This document shows positions 49,545-60,262 of a DNA stretch of 64,000 nt, one piece after another. Under the pieces are notes generated by a model. The model did not search any database and was not told the origin of the DNA. It saw nothing but the letters and a program-made list of their open reading frames with translations. Location of the stretch: positions 645-64,644 of the forward strand of contig JBNJDM010000002.1 in assembly GCA_051744925.1 (NCBI GenBank). The letters run 5' to 3'. Within the stretch, counting starts at the first letter, position 1. Every line of letters starts with the position of its first letter. A program made the translations under genes and the position numbers. Origin of the DNA: Thermodesulfobacteriota bacterium (GTDB lineage: Bacteria > Desulfobacterota > Desulfobacteria > Desulfobacterales > JACKCP01).

Positions 49545-52358
49545 ATGAAAATCAGAGTATATGAACTTGCCAAAGAATTAAACATGACCAATAAAGCCCT
49601 TATGGATAAAATCAAAAAAATGGGTGACATTGATGTAAGAAGCCACATGAGCTCTCTTGACTCCAGGTCTATAGAAACCATTAAAAAAAGATTACTCGGA
49701 AAAAAGGAAGAACCTGAACAAAAAAGGGTTAAACCTACAGTAATAAGAAGACGAAAAAAGAAATCAGATCAAAATCAGCAATATGAAACAGCTAGTGAGA
49801 ATACAGATTCAGAAAAAACCGAAGCTGATGATAAAAAAGAAGAAGATGTAATTAACTCAAAAGATGAAAATAAAAAAGAAAATAAAAATATAAAAACAGA
49901 AGAAGCAGCTGAGAAAAATGCTGCACAACAGCCGGAAAAAACAGCTCAGACAGAACCGCCGGCTGAAGAAAAAGAAGAAAATATAACTATGCCTGAAAAA
50001 GAATCTGCTGAAAAAACAATTGAAAAAGAAGAAGCCCCTGCTGCAAAAGAAGCTCCTGCAAAAGCTAAAGAAAACAAGCCAAAAAAGAAAAAGAACAAAG
50101 GCGGAGCAAAAATAATTTACAAGCCTGAGCCAGCACCTGTTTCTGAAGAAAAACCTGAAGTAAAAGAAGAAACCAGGCAACCGGAAGCAGAAGAAAAAGT
50201 TGAAAAGTCTCCGGCAAAGAAAGCTGGTCAGAAGCAGGCCGAAAAGAAACCTGAAACAAAAGAACAAAAGTCTGAACCTGTTTCAGCTCAAGAAGATAAT
50301 ACAAAAGAAGAAATATTCAGTGATGTAGAACCCCCGGAAATATCACCCGAGGTCCTTACTGAAGATGAAAAGAAAGAAAGATCTGACAAGCTTAATAAAG
50401 GCAGAAATCAGAGCGAAGAGGCTAAAAAGCCTAAAAAGAAAAAGAGTAAATCCAAGAAAAAAGAGGTCGTGGAAGGAAATGAACTCTACGACAATGCAAA
50501 TAAAAAAGGCAGACGTCCCAAAAAAGGCAGAAGAAAAGGACAGGAACAGGAAAAAGCGCCTCGTCAGAAAACACAGATAACTGTTCCAAAAGCAATAAAA
50601 AGAAGAGTTAAGGTTGATGACACAATAGTTCTTGCAGATCTTGCCAAAAGAATGGGCATCAAGGCAAACGAAATGATTGCCAAACTTATGAATCTCGGCG
50701 TAATGGCGACTGTTAACCAGACAATCGATTATGAAACTGCAGAACTTGTTGCAAGTGAATTCGGATTTGAGGTTGAAAAAGCTTCTTTTGAAGAAGAAAC
50801 ACTTATAAGCCTTCAGCATGAAACAGCAGAAGAGGGAGAAGACCTTCCCCGCCCTCCTGTTGTTACAGTGATGGGACATGTTGACCACGGTAAAACCTCG
50901 CTTCTCGATGTTATAAGAAAAACAGGGGTTGCAGAAGGTGAAGCCGGCGGAATTACCCAGCATATAGGCGCCTACATAGTCTCAATAAACAACGGCAGCA
51001 TTGCCTTTCTTGATACTCCTGGCCATGAAGCTTTTACAGCAATGAGATCCAGGGGTGCACAGATAACAGACATAGTTATTCTTGTTGTAGCTGCAGATGA
51101 CGGTGTTATGCCTCAGACAACAGAAGCTATCAACCATGCTAAAGCAGCAGGAGTTCCAATGGTTGTAGCTGTTAACAAAATAGACAAACCCGGTGCAGAA
51201 CCTGATGTTATAAAAAGAGAACTCTCGGAACAGGATATTCTCCCTGAAGACTGGGGCGGAGACACAATCTTTGTAAATGTTTCAGCCAAAGAACAGACAG
51301 GAATTGAAGAACTCCTTGAAATGGTTCTTCTCCAGGCTGAAATACTAGACCTTAAAGCAGACCCCAAGAAATATGCAAAAGGATGTGTAATAGAAGCAAG
51401 ACTTGATACAGGAAGAGGCCCTGTTGCATCCGTGCTTATTCAGGAAGGAACATTAAAACAGGGTGAAGCAATTGTTTGCGGAACTCATCATGGTAGAATC
51501 AGAGCCATGTTCAATGATACAGGTGCTAAAATCGAAGAAGCAGGGCCGAGTGTTCCTGTTGAGATTCTAGGTTTAAGCGGAGTTCCGGAAGCAGGTGATG
51601 AACTGCTTGCATTAAAAGATGAAAAAGATGCAAAACAGGTAGCAGAACACAGAGCAGCAAAGCAAAGATCAAAGGAACTTGCCAAATCTTCAAGAATGAG
51701 CCTTGAAGGTCTTTTTGAAAAAATTGATCTTAAATCAGTTAAAGAGCTTAACCTTATCTTGAAAGCAGATGTTCAGGGTTCAATCGAAGCACTAAAAGAG
51801 TCTCTTAACAAGCTTTCCACTGATGAGGTCAAAATCAAGGTTGTTCATGCAGCAACAGGAACTGTAAGTGAATCCGACGTAAGTCTTGCATCAGTTTCTG
51901 ATGCGATCATACTCGGATTTAATGTAAGACCAGCTCCCAAAGTAAGGGATCTTGCTGAAGAAGAAAATATTGACATGAAATTTTATAATGTCATTTATGA
52001 TGCAATAAAAGATATCCAGAATGCAATGCTTGGACTTATGGACTCAACCTATAAAGAGGTTGTTCTCGGCAGAGCTGAAGTAAGAGCAGTCTTTTCAGTT
52101 CCCAAGGCAGGAAAAATTGCAGGCTGTTTTGTAACAGACGGTAAAATGAGAAGAGGCAGAAAAACAAGAATTCTGCGTGACGGAATTATTCTTTTTGACG
52201 GCCAGATGGCATCACTGAAGCGCTACAAAGACGATGTAAGAGAAGTTGTAGACGGTTATGAATGTGGTATCGGGATTGAAAAGTTCAATGATATCAAAGA
52301 AGGCGATATAATTGAATGCTACATGATGGAAGAAATTAAACCCACAACACTGGGTTAA
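49545..52358 (+). CDS. infB: Translation initiation factor IF-2
   Basis: 937 aa. K/E-rich N-terminal region; G-domain [20 protein letters not shown] and NKID. Confidence 0.96.
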   Translation: MKIRVYELAKELNMTNKALMDKIKKMGDIDVRSHMSSLDSRSIETIKKRLLGKKEEPEQKRVKPTVIRRRKKKSDQNQQYETASENTDSEKTEADDKKEEDVINSKDENKKENKNIKTEEAAEKNAAQQPEKTAQTEPPAEEKEENITMPEKESAEKTIEKEEAPAAKEAPAKAKENKPKKKKNKGGAKIIYKPEPAPVSEEKPEVKEETRQPEAEEKVEKSPAKKAGQKQAEKKPETKEQKSEPVSAQEDNTKEEIFSDVEPPEISPEVLTEDEKKERSDKLNKGRNQSEEAKKPKKKKSKSKKKEVVEGNELYDNANKKGRRPKKGRRKGQEQEKAPRQKTQITVPKAIKRRVKVDDTIVLADLAKRMGIKANEMIAKLMNLGVMATVNQTIDYETAELVASEFGFEVEKASFEEETLISLQHETAEEGEDLPRPPVVTVMGHVDHGKTSLLDVIRKTGVAEGEAGGITQHIGAYIVSINNGSIAFLDTPGHEAFTAMRSRGAQITDIVILVVAADDGVMPQTTEAINHAKAAGVPMVVAVNKIDKPGAEPDVIKRELSEQDILPEDWGGDTIFVNVSAKEQTGIEELLEMVLLQAEILDLKADPKKYAKGCVIEARLDTGRGPVASVLIQEGTLKQGEAIVCGTHHGRIRAMFNDTGAKIEEAGPSVPVEILGLSGVPEAGDELLALKDEKDAKQVAEHRAAKQRSKELAKSSRMSLEGLFEKIDLKSVKELNLILKADVQGSIEALKESLNKLSTDEVKIKVVHAATGTVSESDVSLASVSDAIILGFNVRPAPKVRDLAEEENIDMKFYNVIYDAIKDIQNAMLGLMDSTYKEVVLGRAEVRAVFSVPKAGKIAGCFVTDGKMRRGRKTRILRDGIILFDGQMASLKRYKDDVREVVDGYECGIGIEKFNDIKEGDIIECYMMEEIKPTTLG

Positions 52359-52370
52359 AAGGAGTTTACA

Positions 52371-52757
52371 ATGAACAAGGATTATCCGCGTTCAGCCAGA
52401 ATCGGAGTACAGATACAGGAAGTTATCTCTGAAATTCTGGTAAAAAAAACAAAAGATCCCAGGTTATCCGGTGTCAGCATAACTGATGTAAAAATGAGCG
52501 GCGACCTTACATGCGCGTATATATATTTTACAGTAAGCAGAGTTGAGAAAAAAAGTGCCAAAGATGCTGAAAAAGGTTTTCAAAGTGCTAAAGGTTTTTT
52601 CAAAAAAATGATAGGAAGTCAGCTTAAAATTAAATATACGCCTGAATTAAGGTTTTATTACGATACTGTTCTTGATTACGGAGAAAAGATAGATAATCTT
52701 GTAGAATCTCTGAACACAGATGAAAACAGCTCAGAAGATGGTGAAAAGAATTCTTAG
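52371..52757 (+). CDS. rbfA: Ribosome-binding factor A
   Basis: 128 aa. R-A-x-R-I-G-type start (RSARIGVQIQEVISEIL), KDPRL and PELRFYYD. Confidence 0.92.
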   Translation: MNKDYPRSARIGVQIQEVISEILVKKTKDPRLSGVSITDVKMSGDLTCAYIYFTVSRVEKKSAKDAEKGFQSAKGFFKKMIGSQLKIKYTPELRFYYDTVLDYGEKIDNLVESLNTDENSSEDGEKNS

Positions 52758-53694
52758 AAACAGCAGCAAAGTTCTTATTACAAGCCATCTTCACCCTGAC
52801 GGGGACGCACTGGGGTCAATGCTTGCGCTTGCACATGCCCTCGAAAAACAGGGAAAAGAAGTCTTTTTATACAATGAAAGCTGTATACCGAAAAACTTTA
52901 CTTTCCTTCCCGGAATAGAAAAAATCCAAAGCAAAGTCCCTGATTATTCCGTATTTGACGCAGCCTGTATCTTAGACTGCAGTGAACTCAGCAGAACAGG
53001 TAAATGCAGAAAAATCCTAAAAAATATTCCGGAAATCATAAACATAGATCACCACACTACCAATACAGGCTTTGGAACCAGAACAATTATAGACACCAAT
53101 GCATGTGCCACAGCAGAAATAATATACAGAATTATTCAGGATATGAATGTTGAAATCTGTGCTGATACTGCATATTGTATATATACAGGAATATTTACAG
53201 ATACAGGCTCATTTAGATTTTCAAATACAAACAAAGATTCTTTTTCAATCTGCACAGAAATGGTTGAAAAAGGTGTTTTGCCACACAAAGTTGCAAGACA
53301 TATTTACGGACGATATTCCCTTGGAAGAATCAAACTTATAAATCTTGTTCTTGAATCCATAGAACTTTCGGAAAACGGCAAAATAGCATTAATGGTTCTT
53401 ACAAAAGAGATGTTTGAAAAAACCAATACTTCAGAAGAAGATGTATCAGATCTTATAAATTATGCAGAACATCTTGAGGATGTAAAAATTGCAGCCCTTA
53501 TCAAGGAAAGCATTAATTCCTGCGGTGATTTACAGTACTACCACGTAAGCCTTAGATCTGACGGAACACAGGATGTTTCAAAAATAGCCTTCAGTTACGG
53601 CGGGGGCGGACATGAAAGCGCTGCCGGGTTTTCAAGCAGTCTACCATTTAAACAGTTAAAACAGGAAATGATGGCAATAGCCGATCGTATATAA
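52738..53694 (+). CDS. nrnA: DHH/DHHA1 phosphoesterase (NrnA-like oligoribonuclease / pAp phosphatase)
   Basis: HLHPDGDALGS, NIDHHTTN and GGGGHESAAGF motifs. The ORF opens at 52720; Met at 52738 is also possible. Confidence 0.85.
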   Translation: MVKRILRNSSKVLITSHLHPDGDALGSMLALAHALEKQGKEVFLYNESCIPKNFTFLPGIEKIQSKVPDYSVFDAACILDCSELSRTGKCRKILKNIPEIINIDHHTTNTGFGTRTIIDTNACATAEIIYRIIQDMNVEICADTAYCIYTGIFTDTGSFRFSNTNKDSFSICTEMVEKGVLPHKVARHIYGRYSLGRIKLINLVLESIELSENGKIALMVLTKEMFEKTNTSEEDVSDLINYAEHLEDVKIAALIKESINSCGDLQYYHVSLRSDGTQDVSKIAFSYGGGGHESAAGFSSSLPFKQLKQEMMAIADRI

Positions 53695-53702
53695 GCCTTA
53701 AA

Positions 53703-54614
53703 ATGACAGAATTAAACAAATCAGACGGAATGATTTTAATAAATAAACCTGTGGGAATCACTTCCAACAAAGCTTTAGGCAAGATAAAAAGACTTGCAGG
53801 CATAAAAAAAGCCGGTCATACAGGAACACTTGATCCTTTTGCTTCAGGGCTTCTCCCGGTATGTATAAACCGGGGAACCAAACTTGTCCGCTATCTTCTT
53901 CACAAAGAAAAAGAATATACAGGAGTTATTAAACTCGGAGCTGCAACAGATACCCTTGATAAAACAGGCACAATTATAAAAGAAACGGATATACCAGAAC
54001 TTTCTTTTGAAACAATAGATCAGGCTGCAGAAAAATTCAGAGGCGAAATTCAGCAGATTCCCCCCTCTTTTTCCGCACTAAAGCATAATGGAGTTCCTTT
54101 GTACAAACTTGCAAGACAAGGGACTATGATAAAAAAAGATCCAAGAACAGTAAATATTTACGAACTTAAGATTGTTGATTTCACAAAAAACAGAATAAAT
54201 ATAAAAGTCAGATGCTCTGCAGGTACATACATAAGAACACTTGCATCCGATCTTGCAGAAGAACTTAACACAGCAGGTCACCTGGAATCACTTGAAAGAA
54301 CCAAAAGCAGCAGTTTTGACATTAAAAACTCTGTAAATTTAGAAGAACTCGAAGATATCTGTAATTCAGGTAAAATTTCAGAATATATTATACCCCCTGA
54401 AAAAATAATAGATTTTATACCCGAATTTAAGGTTGACGAGACCCTTGTTCCGGTAATATTAAACGGTGGTAAAATTACGGTTTATGATTTAACAGAAAAT
54501 ATTTTTCCTGATGAGGTTCCGGTAAGAATAACATCATCAAATAATAAGCTTGTATCTATAGTCAGAAAAGAAGAAAATTCAGATTTTTTAAAATACGATG
54601 CGGTCTTTAATTGA
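53703..54614 (+). CDS. truB: tRNA pseudouridine(55) synthase
   Basis: 303 aa. GHTGTLDPFASGLLPV catalytic Asp motif and C-terminal PUA-like region. Confidence 0.94.
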   Translation: MTELNKSDGMILINKPVGITSNKALGKIKRLAGIKKAGHTGTLDPFASGLLPVCINRGTKLVRYLLHKEKEYTGVIKLGAATDTLDKTGTIIKETDIPELSFETIDQAAEKFRGEIQQIPPSFSALKHNGVPLYKLARQGTMIKKDPRTVNIYELKIVDFTKNRINIKVRCSAGTYIRTLASDLAEELNTAGHLESLERTKSSSFDIKNSVNLEELEDICNSGKISEYIIPPEKIIDFIPEFKVDETLVPVILNGGKITVYDLTENIFPDEVPVRITSSNNKLVSIVRKEENSDFLKYDAVFN

Positions 54615-54662
54615 AAATATTTTCAAGTTATTATATTAGTTAGGAATTGATCAAAATTAAAA

Positions 54663-54822
54663 TTTTGTTCAGTAACAAATCAATGATTGGCCGAAAACTA
54701 GAATTTTTTGTTCAGTTCAAGGCAGATAAAAAATTTGACCGCAGGAATACTAGAGTATTTTGAGGATTAAATTTTTTATCTAACGTAGAAATGGGCAAAA
54801 AAAGCAGTTTTCGTTCAGCAAC
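54663..54822 (+). repeat. Three direct copies of a TTTT(C)GTTCAG(C/T)(A/T)AC motif; the last is a full 28-nt copy of the 8.6-kb repeat, and a 13-bp inverted repeat lies between them
   Basis: Copies at 54663-54676, 54704-54720 and 54808-54822. 54795-54822 (GCAAAAAAAGCAGTTTTCGTTCAGCAAC) is 27/28 identical to the reverse complement of 8625-8652. AGATAAAAAATTT (54724-54736) pairs with AAATTTTTTATCT (54769-54781). Confidence 0.65.
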
Positions 54823-54932
54823 AAATCTGTTGTCTGCATACTTTCAGGAAAAGTTCCTGCGGTCTGAATGGAATATCGGATCGATAACAGCAGGCATTAA
54901 TTTAATTATTCCAATAATAAAGGAGTCAGGAA

Positions 54933-55202
54933 GTGGTACTTGAAAAAGAAGACAAAAAAGAGGTAATCGACGGCTTTAAAAGACACGAGGGCGATACAGG
55001 CTCTCCCGAAGTTCAGATTGCAATACTGACAAACAGAATCATCTACCTTACTGATCATGTTAAGGTTCATTCAAAGGATCATCATTCAAGAAGAGGTCTT
55101 TTGACACTTGTTGGTAGAAGAAGAAGACTGCTTAACTATCTTAAAAAGAAAAATATTTCAAGATACAGATCTATAATCAGTGAACTAGGTCTTAAACGCT
55201 AG
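54933..55202 (+). CDS. rpsO: 30S ribosomal protein S15
   Basis: 89 aa with a GTG start. [14 protein letters not shown] and HSRRGLL motifs. AAGGAG RBS at 54920-54925. Confidence 0.95.
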   Translation: MVLEKEDKKEVIDGFKRHEGDTGSPEVQIAILTNRIIYLTDHVKVHSKDHHSRRGLLTLVGRRRRLLNYLKKKNISRYRSIISELGLKR

Positions 55203-55213
55203 AAAACCTTTAA

Positions 55214-55240
55214 GGGCAGATTATTTCTGCCCTTTTTTAT
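55214..55240 (+). terminator. Rho-independent terminator after rpsO
   Basis: GGGCAGA-TTATT-TCTGCCC followed by TTTTTTATT. Confidence 0.8.
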
Positions 55241-55294
55241 TAACAGAAATGAAGAAATTTCAACGCCCTCTTACAAGACTTCCGCGCAAATAAT

Positions 55295-55325
55295 TTTTCG
55301 GTTTTCATTATGGCTAAACCGAAAA
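55295..55325 (+). promoter_or_regulatory. 10-bp leader hairpin upstream of pnp (candidate processing / autoregulation site)
   Basis: TTTTCGGTTT (55295-55304), 11-nt loop, AAACCGAAAA (55316-55325), followed by GCTGTTTTTG. Lies 58 nt before the pnp ATG. Confidence 0.45.
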
Positions 55326-55382
55326 GCTGTTTTTGCGTAAGTCTGTACAGTAAGTTGAGATTTCTGATAAACGGAGATTTAA

Positions 55383-57572
55383 ATGGAACAAATAGTAAAA
55401 ACAGAAATTGAAGGAAAAGAACTTTCGATTTCAACAGGTAAAATCGCAAAGCAGACTTCTGGATCAGTAACCGTAAAATACGGTGAAACAATGGTTCTTG
55501 TTACTGCAGTAGCAAGCCCCGAAAAAAGAGACGACATAGACTTTCTTCCGCTTACAGTAGAGTACATGGAAAAAATATATGCCGCAGGAAGAATACCTGG
55601 CAACTATTTCAGAAGAGAAATGGGACGTCCCAGTGAAAAAGCAACTCTTACATGCAGACTTATAGACAGGCCTATACGCCCTCTTTTTGCAGACAACTAC
55701 ACAAATGAAACACAGATTATTGTAACTGTACTTTCAATGGACAAGGAAAATGATCCTGATATTCTTGCAATGATCGGTGCATCAGCAGCTCTTACAATTT
55801 CTGAAATACCTTTTGACGGTCCCATCGGAGCATTAAGAGTAGGCAGAGTAAACGGTAAATTTGTTTTCAACCCCACCATTGAACAGGTAAATGATCCTGA
55901 ATGTGATACAAATATTGTTCTTACAGGTTCCAAAACCGGTATAACAATGGTTGAAGGCGGCGGAGATATAATAAGCGAAGCAGATGTTCTTGATGCAATA
56001 TTCAAGGGGCATGACGCAATGCAGCCTATAATCAACATCCAGGAAGAATTAAGAGACCTCTGCGGCAAACCGAAAATGGAAGTTCCTGAAAAAACAATCA
56101 ATCAGGAACTTTATAATGATATAAGATCTAATGCAGGGAACAGTATTAAGGCTGCTCTTCAGACAGAAGGCAAATTCGGCAGAAAGCATGCAGTTAAAGC
56201 TGTAAAGGAAAGAATAAAAGAGACTCTTTCTGAAAAATACGAAGAAGATGCTCATCTTATTAAAGCGTATTTTGACAAACTTACAAAAGAGATAAGCAGG
56301 GAGCTTGTACTAAAAGACAAAAAAAGGGTCGACGGCAGAGCTTTTGATGAAGTAAGACCTATTGCCTGCGAAACAAAATTTCTTCCAAGAACACACGGAA
56401 GCGGCCTTTTTACAAGGGGAGAAACTCAGGTTCTCGGTGTGCTCACACTCGGATCAGGCCAGGATGAACAAAGGGTTGAAACACTTAGCGGAGACGAATC
56501 AAAACCTTTCATGCTCCATTACAACTTCCCTCCTTTCTGCGTAGGAGAAGCAAGAAGATTCGCAGGACCGAGCAGAAGAGAATTCGGACACGGCGCACTT
56601 GCATACAGAGCAGTTGAAAAAATACTTCCTTCAAAAGAAGAATTTGAATACACAATCAGAATTGTTTCCGAAGTTATGGAATCAAACGGATCTTCTTCAA
56701 TGGGTACTGTATGCGCTTCTACCCTTGCCCTTATGGACGGCGGTGTTCCGATTAAAGCTCCTGTATCAGGTATTGCAATGGGTCTTGTAAGCGATGGAGA
56801 TGATGTTGAAATCCTTACTGACATCCTTGGAGACGAAGACCAGACAGGCGACATGGATTTCAAAGTTGCAGGAACAAGAGAAGGCATAACAGCCATTCAG
56901 ATGGATATAAAAGTTAAGGAACTTTCAAGAAGCATTCTTGAAAAAGCACTTAATCAGGCAAAATCGGGAAGAATACATATTCTTGACAAAATGCTTGAAT
57001 CGATTTCAGTTCCAAGAAACGATATTTCCCAGTATGCTCCGAAAATTACCACAATGAAGATCAAACAGGATAAAATTGCTTCGCTAATCGGACCATCAGG
57101 TAAAAATATCAGAGAAATCCAGGCAACTACAAATACAAACCTTGAAGTTACTGACGACGGTACAGTTAAAATTTCTGCAAATTCAAAAGAAGATTCTGAT
57201 GCTGCAATTGCAAGGGTAAACGAAATATGCCTTGATCCTGAGATAGGTAAAATATATCCGGGTAAAGTTGCAAGAACAACCGATTTCGGCGCATTTGTAG
57301 ATTTAAGTCCGGGAACTACAGGACTTCTTCATATTTCTGAACTTGCAAACCACAGGGTTGCCAAAGTTTCTGACGTTGTTAAGCCAGGCGATGAAATAAA
57401 TGTAAAGGTTCTTGATATTACAAGAGACGGCAAAATTCAGCTGAGCTTAAAAGAAGCCGACCCTGAGCAGGCAGGCAAATCTGCAGATAAAGATGGCGAC
57501 AAAAAAGGCGGCCGTGATAATAAAAAAGGCGGCTTTAATAAAAATGATAAATCTAATAACAAAAACAGATAA
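55383..57572 (+). CDS. pnp: Polyribonucleotide nucleotidyltransferase (PNPase)
   Basis: 729 aa. Two RNase PH domains, KH ([11 protein letters not shown]) and S1 ([13 protein letters not shown]), with a basic K/G/N-rich tail. Confidence 0.96.
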   Translation: MEQIVKTEIEGKELSISTGKIAKQTSGSVTVKYGETMVLVTAVASPEKRDDIDFLPLTVEYMEKIYAAGRIPGNYFRREMGRPSEKATLTCRLIDRPIRPLFADNYTNETQIIVTVLSMDKENDPDILAMIGASAALTISEIPFDGPIGALRVGRVNGKFVFNPTIEQVNDPECDTNIVLTGSKTGITMVEGGGDIISEADVLDAIFKGHDAMQPIINIQEELRDLCGKPKMEVPEKTINQELYNDIRSNAGNSIKAALQTEGKFGRKHAVKAVKERIKETLSEKYEEDAHLIKAYFDKLTKEISRELVLKDKKRVDGRAFDEVRPIACETKFLPRTHGSGLFTRGETQVLGVLTLGSGQDEQRVETLSGDESKPFMLHYNFPPFCVGEARRFAGPSRREFGHGALAYRAVEKILPSKEEFEYTIRIVSEVMESNGSSSMGTVCASTLALMDGGVPIKAPVSGIAMGLVSDGDDVEILTDILGDEDQTGDMDFKVAGTREGITAIQMDIKVKELSRSILEKALNQAKSGRIHILDKMLESISVPRNDISQYAPKITTMKIKQDKIASLIGPSGKNIREIQATTNTNLEVTDDGTVKISANSKEDSDAAIARVNEICLDPEIGKIYPGKVARTTDFGAFVDLSPGTTGLLHISELANHRVAKVSDVVKPGDEINVKVLDITRDGKIQLSLKEADPEQAGKSADKDGDKKGGRDNKKGGFNKNDKSNNKNR

Positions 57573-57632
57573 TAATCTTTAAAATTTACTGCATCGGAAA
57601 CATACCGGTGCAGTAAGAAAATTCTACTATTT

Positions 57633-58976
57633 ATGAAATTATCAGGCGACTGCCGGACAATTAATCACAATCCCAAAACCAAAAGTAATTTTCTGGATGA
57701 CGGCCAGAAAATTCACCAGACCACCCTTTCAAACAAAATGAAAATAATTACACATAAGATTCCTTATGTAAGATCTGTTACAATGGGTCTGTGGATAGAC
57801 GTAGGTTCAAGGGATGAAGAAAAAACTGAACACGGCTTAGCTCATTTTATGGAACATATGCTTTTCAAGGGAACAAAAAAAAGATCAGCATATGAACTTG
57901 CAAAAGCTTTTGATGCAATAGGCGGAATATCAAACGCTTTTACATCTGTTGAAGCAACCTGTTATTTTGCCCAGGTAATGGACGAACATTTTGAGGATAT
58001 GGCTGAAATTTTAAGCGATATTTACATAAACTCAGAATTTGATCCGGACGAAATAGAAAATGAAAAACCTGTTATTCTTCAGGAAATAGACATGTTTGAT
58101 GAGTTCCCTGAAGATTATGCAATGGCCCTTCTCGACAAAAAAAGATGGAAGAACCATTCTCTTGGCCGCACAATTCTCGGCAGCCAGGAAACAATAATGA
58201 ATCTTAGTTCTGATAATCTTAAAAACTTTTTTTCAAAACATTATACTCCTGAAAATACAACGATTGCGCTTGCAGGTAATATTGACCACGAGAAAGCTGT
58301 AAACGTTCTTGGAAAATATTTTGACGATTTGAAAAACAGATCAGGAATTAAAAATGAAAATATCAGAGTAAAACCCCAATCTCACAAAGGGCTTTGCTTT
58401 GAACAAAAAGGGGTGGAACAGTATCATATCTGTTTTGGTACACAGGGATACTCAAGAAAAGACAGCAGCAGATTTAAAGCTTCTCTTTTTACAACCATTC
58501 TTGGGGGAAATATGAGCTCCCGCCTTTTTCAGGAAATACGTGAAAAAAGGGGGCTTGCATATACTATTTATTCATTTTTCAATCAGTTCATGGATACCGG
58601 AATGCTTGGAGTTTATGCAGCTGTATCAAAGGAAAACCTTATCCCTGTTATAAAACTTATACAGAAGGAACTTCAGAAAATAAGGGATAAAAAACATTCC
58701 AACGGAGAAATTGAAGGGGCTAAAGCTTTTACAAAAGGAAACCTGATGCTTTCAATGGAAAGCACTGAAAATCTGATGATAAAACTTGCTCAAAACGAGG
58801 TTTTATACAAAAGATATATTCCGTTTGAAGAAACAATCTCAGAAGTTGAAAAAATAACATGGGATGATATTAGAGATATTGCAGACAGAATATGCACAGA
58901 AAATGATCTCACAGCTTCAATTCTCGGCCCTGAAGCAGAAAAAAAAGATGAACTAAAAAAAATACTGAATTTATAA
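57633..58976 (+). CDS. M16-family (insulinase/pitrilysin-like) zinc peptidase
   Basis: 447 aa. GLAHFMEHMLFKGT (HxxEH) and the downstream E of the inverted zincin motif. Confidence 0.88.
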   Translation: MKLSGDCRTINHNPKTKSNFLDDGQKIHQTTLSNKMKIITHKIPYVRSVTMGLWIDVGSRDEEKTEHGLAHFMEHMLFKGTKKRSAYELAKAFDAIGGISNAFTSVEATCYFAQVMDEHFEDMAEILSDIYINSEFDPDEIENEKPVILQEIDMFDEFPEDYAMALLDKKRWKNHSLGRTILGSQETIMNLSSDNLKNFFSKHYTPENTTIALAGNIDHEKAVNVLGKYFDDLKNRSGIKNENIRVKPQSHKGLCFEQKGVEQYHICFGTQGYSRKDSSRFKASLFTTILGGNMSSRLFQEIREKRGLAYTIYSFFNQFMDTGMLGVYAAVSKENLIPVIKLIQKELQKIRDKKHSNGEIEGAKAFTKGNLMLSMESTENLMIKLAQNEVLYKRYIPFEETISEVEKITWDDIRDIADRICTENDLTASILGPEAEKKDELKKILNL

Positions 58977-58977
58977 A

Positions 58978-59427
58978 ATGACTGAACTTAAAATAAAACT
59001 GCTTGATCCGGAAACTAACAAAGACATAACTCTTCCCTGCTATATGACTGAGGGTTCTTCAGGCATGGATATATCGGCCTGTGTAAAAAACAGTGAAGTT
59101 TTAAAACCTTTTGAAATAAAGCTTATACCTACAGGTTTTTCACTTGAAATTCCAAAAGGATTTGAAGCTCAGATAAGACCGAGATCAGGTCTTGCAGTAA
59201 AAAAAGGTGTTACTATAGTAAATTCTCCGGGTACAATAGATTCCGACTACAGAGGCGAAGTAAAAGTAGGCCTTATAAATCTTTCAGACAAAGATTATAT
59301 TATAGAACGCGGAGCAAGAATTGCACAGATGGTTATTCAGAAAGTTGAAAAAGTAATTGTAAAAAAGGTGGATGCTATTGAAGATACAACAAGAAATCAC
59401 GGCGGATTCGGACATACAGGTGTTTAG
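58978..59427 (+). CDS. dut: dUTP diphosphatase
   Basis: 149 aa. RPRSGLAVKKGV, GTIDSDYRGEV and RNHGGFGHTG motifs. Confidence 0.94.
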   Translation: MTELKIKLLDPETNKDITLPCYMTEGSSGMDISACVKNSEVLKPFEIKLIPTGFSLEIPKGFEAQIRPRSGLAVKKGVTIVNSPGTIDSDYRGEVKVGLINLSDKDYIIERGARIAQMVIQKVEKVIVKKVDAIEDTTRNHGGFGHTGV

Positions 59428-60226
59428 CCCGGATCTCAATGATAATCTTAGTTCAAGCAGAATATCTTTTTCAGTTCTTGCAAGCGGAAGCAGCGGTAAC
59501 TGTGTTTTTGTAAGCAGCGGTTCAACAAATATTCTCTTTGATGCAGGCCTTTCAGGCAAAGAAATTGAAAAGAGAATGGCTGTTATAGGTAAAAATACCG
59601 CAGATATAAGTGCCATTGTAATATCCCACGAACATAACGATCACATAAAAGGCGCTGGAGTTCTTTCAAGAAGATACAACATTCCTGTTTACGGGACCCC
59701 AAAAACAATTGAACATTCCCAGTCTTGTGTAAAAAAACTTTATGAAACAAAGTTTTTTAATTCAGGCACACCTTTTTTTATTGATGAAGTAAGAATAAAT
59801 CCTTTTTCCATTTCACACGATGCTGCAGATCCATGCGGATTTACAATAAAATCATCAGGATCAAAGCTTGGAATAGCAACAGATCTCGGAATATCTACAC
59901 ATCTTGTCAAAGCAAGACTTCAAAACTGCACCGGAATTATTCTTGAGGCAAACCATGATCCTGAACTTCTTGCTTCAGGACCTTATCCATGGCCTTTAAA
60001 GCAAAGAGTCAAGAGCAGATCAGGCCATCTTTCAAACCAGGAAGCAAGGGACCTTCTTGGTGAAATACTGAATAAAAACCTTAAAAATATAGTTCTCGGG
60101 CATCTGAGTATGGAAAACAACTGCCCTCATCTGGCCCTTGAAACAGTTTCACAGGCTATTAAAGAGTTCAGGTCAGAAATTGTAAATGCAGCACAGGATA
60201 AACCTACATCTCTTTTTTCTATATAA
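59372..60226 (+). CDS. MBL-fold metallo-hydrolase (YycJ/WalJ-like)
   Basis: FSVLASGSSGN and ISHEHNDHIKG (HxHxDH). The ORF opens at 59372 inside dut; an in-frame GTG at 59420 is a more economical start. Confidence 0.82.
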   Translation: MLLKIQQEITADSDIQVFSPDLNDNLSSSRISFSVLASGSSGNCVFVSSGSTNILFDAGLSGKEIEKRMAVIGKNTADISAIVISHEHNDHIKGAGVLSRRYNIPVYGTPKTIEHSQSCVKKLYETKFFNSGTPFFIDEVRINPFSISHDAADPCGFTIKSSGSKLGIATDLGISTHLVKARLQNCTGIILEANHDPELLASGPYPWPLKQRVKSRSGHLSNQEARDLLGEILNKNLKNIVLGHLSMENNCPHLALETVSQAIKEFRSEIVNAAQDKPTSLFSI

Positions 60227-60262
60227 CGCCTGATACAGGCCTTACTTTAAACAGGAAAACTG

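Noticed and set aside
49700-50560. Extremely K/E-rich, repeat-like sequence that could be a separate gene or an expansion.
   Set aside because: It is in frame and continuous with the IF2 G-domain. Variable, charged N-terminal regions are a normal property of bacterial IF2.
49857-50963. Several long antisense ORFs (136, 79 and 206 aa, F/C/L-rich) and one sense-frame ORF (50365-50580) within the infB 5' region.
   Set aside because: They arise from the purine-rich (GAA/AAA) low-complexity coding of the IF2 N-terminal region, and are mirror-frame artefacts.
54716-54727. The 12-mer TTCAAGGCAGAT is shared with 61606-61617, and there are several ATTCAG motifs upstream of the histidine kinase.
   Set aside because: By my estimate, on the order of a hundred shared 12-mers are expected by chance in a 64-kb window, more in AT-rich DNA. 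There is no extended similarity around the match.
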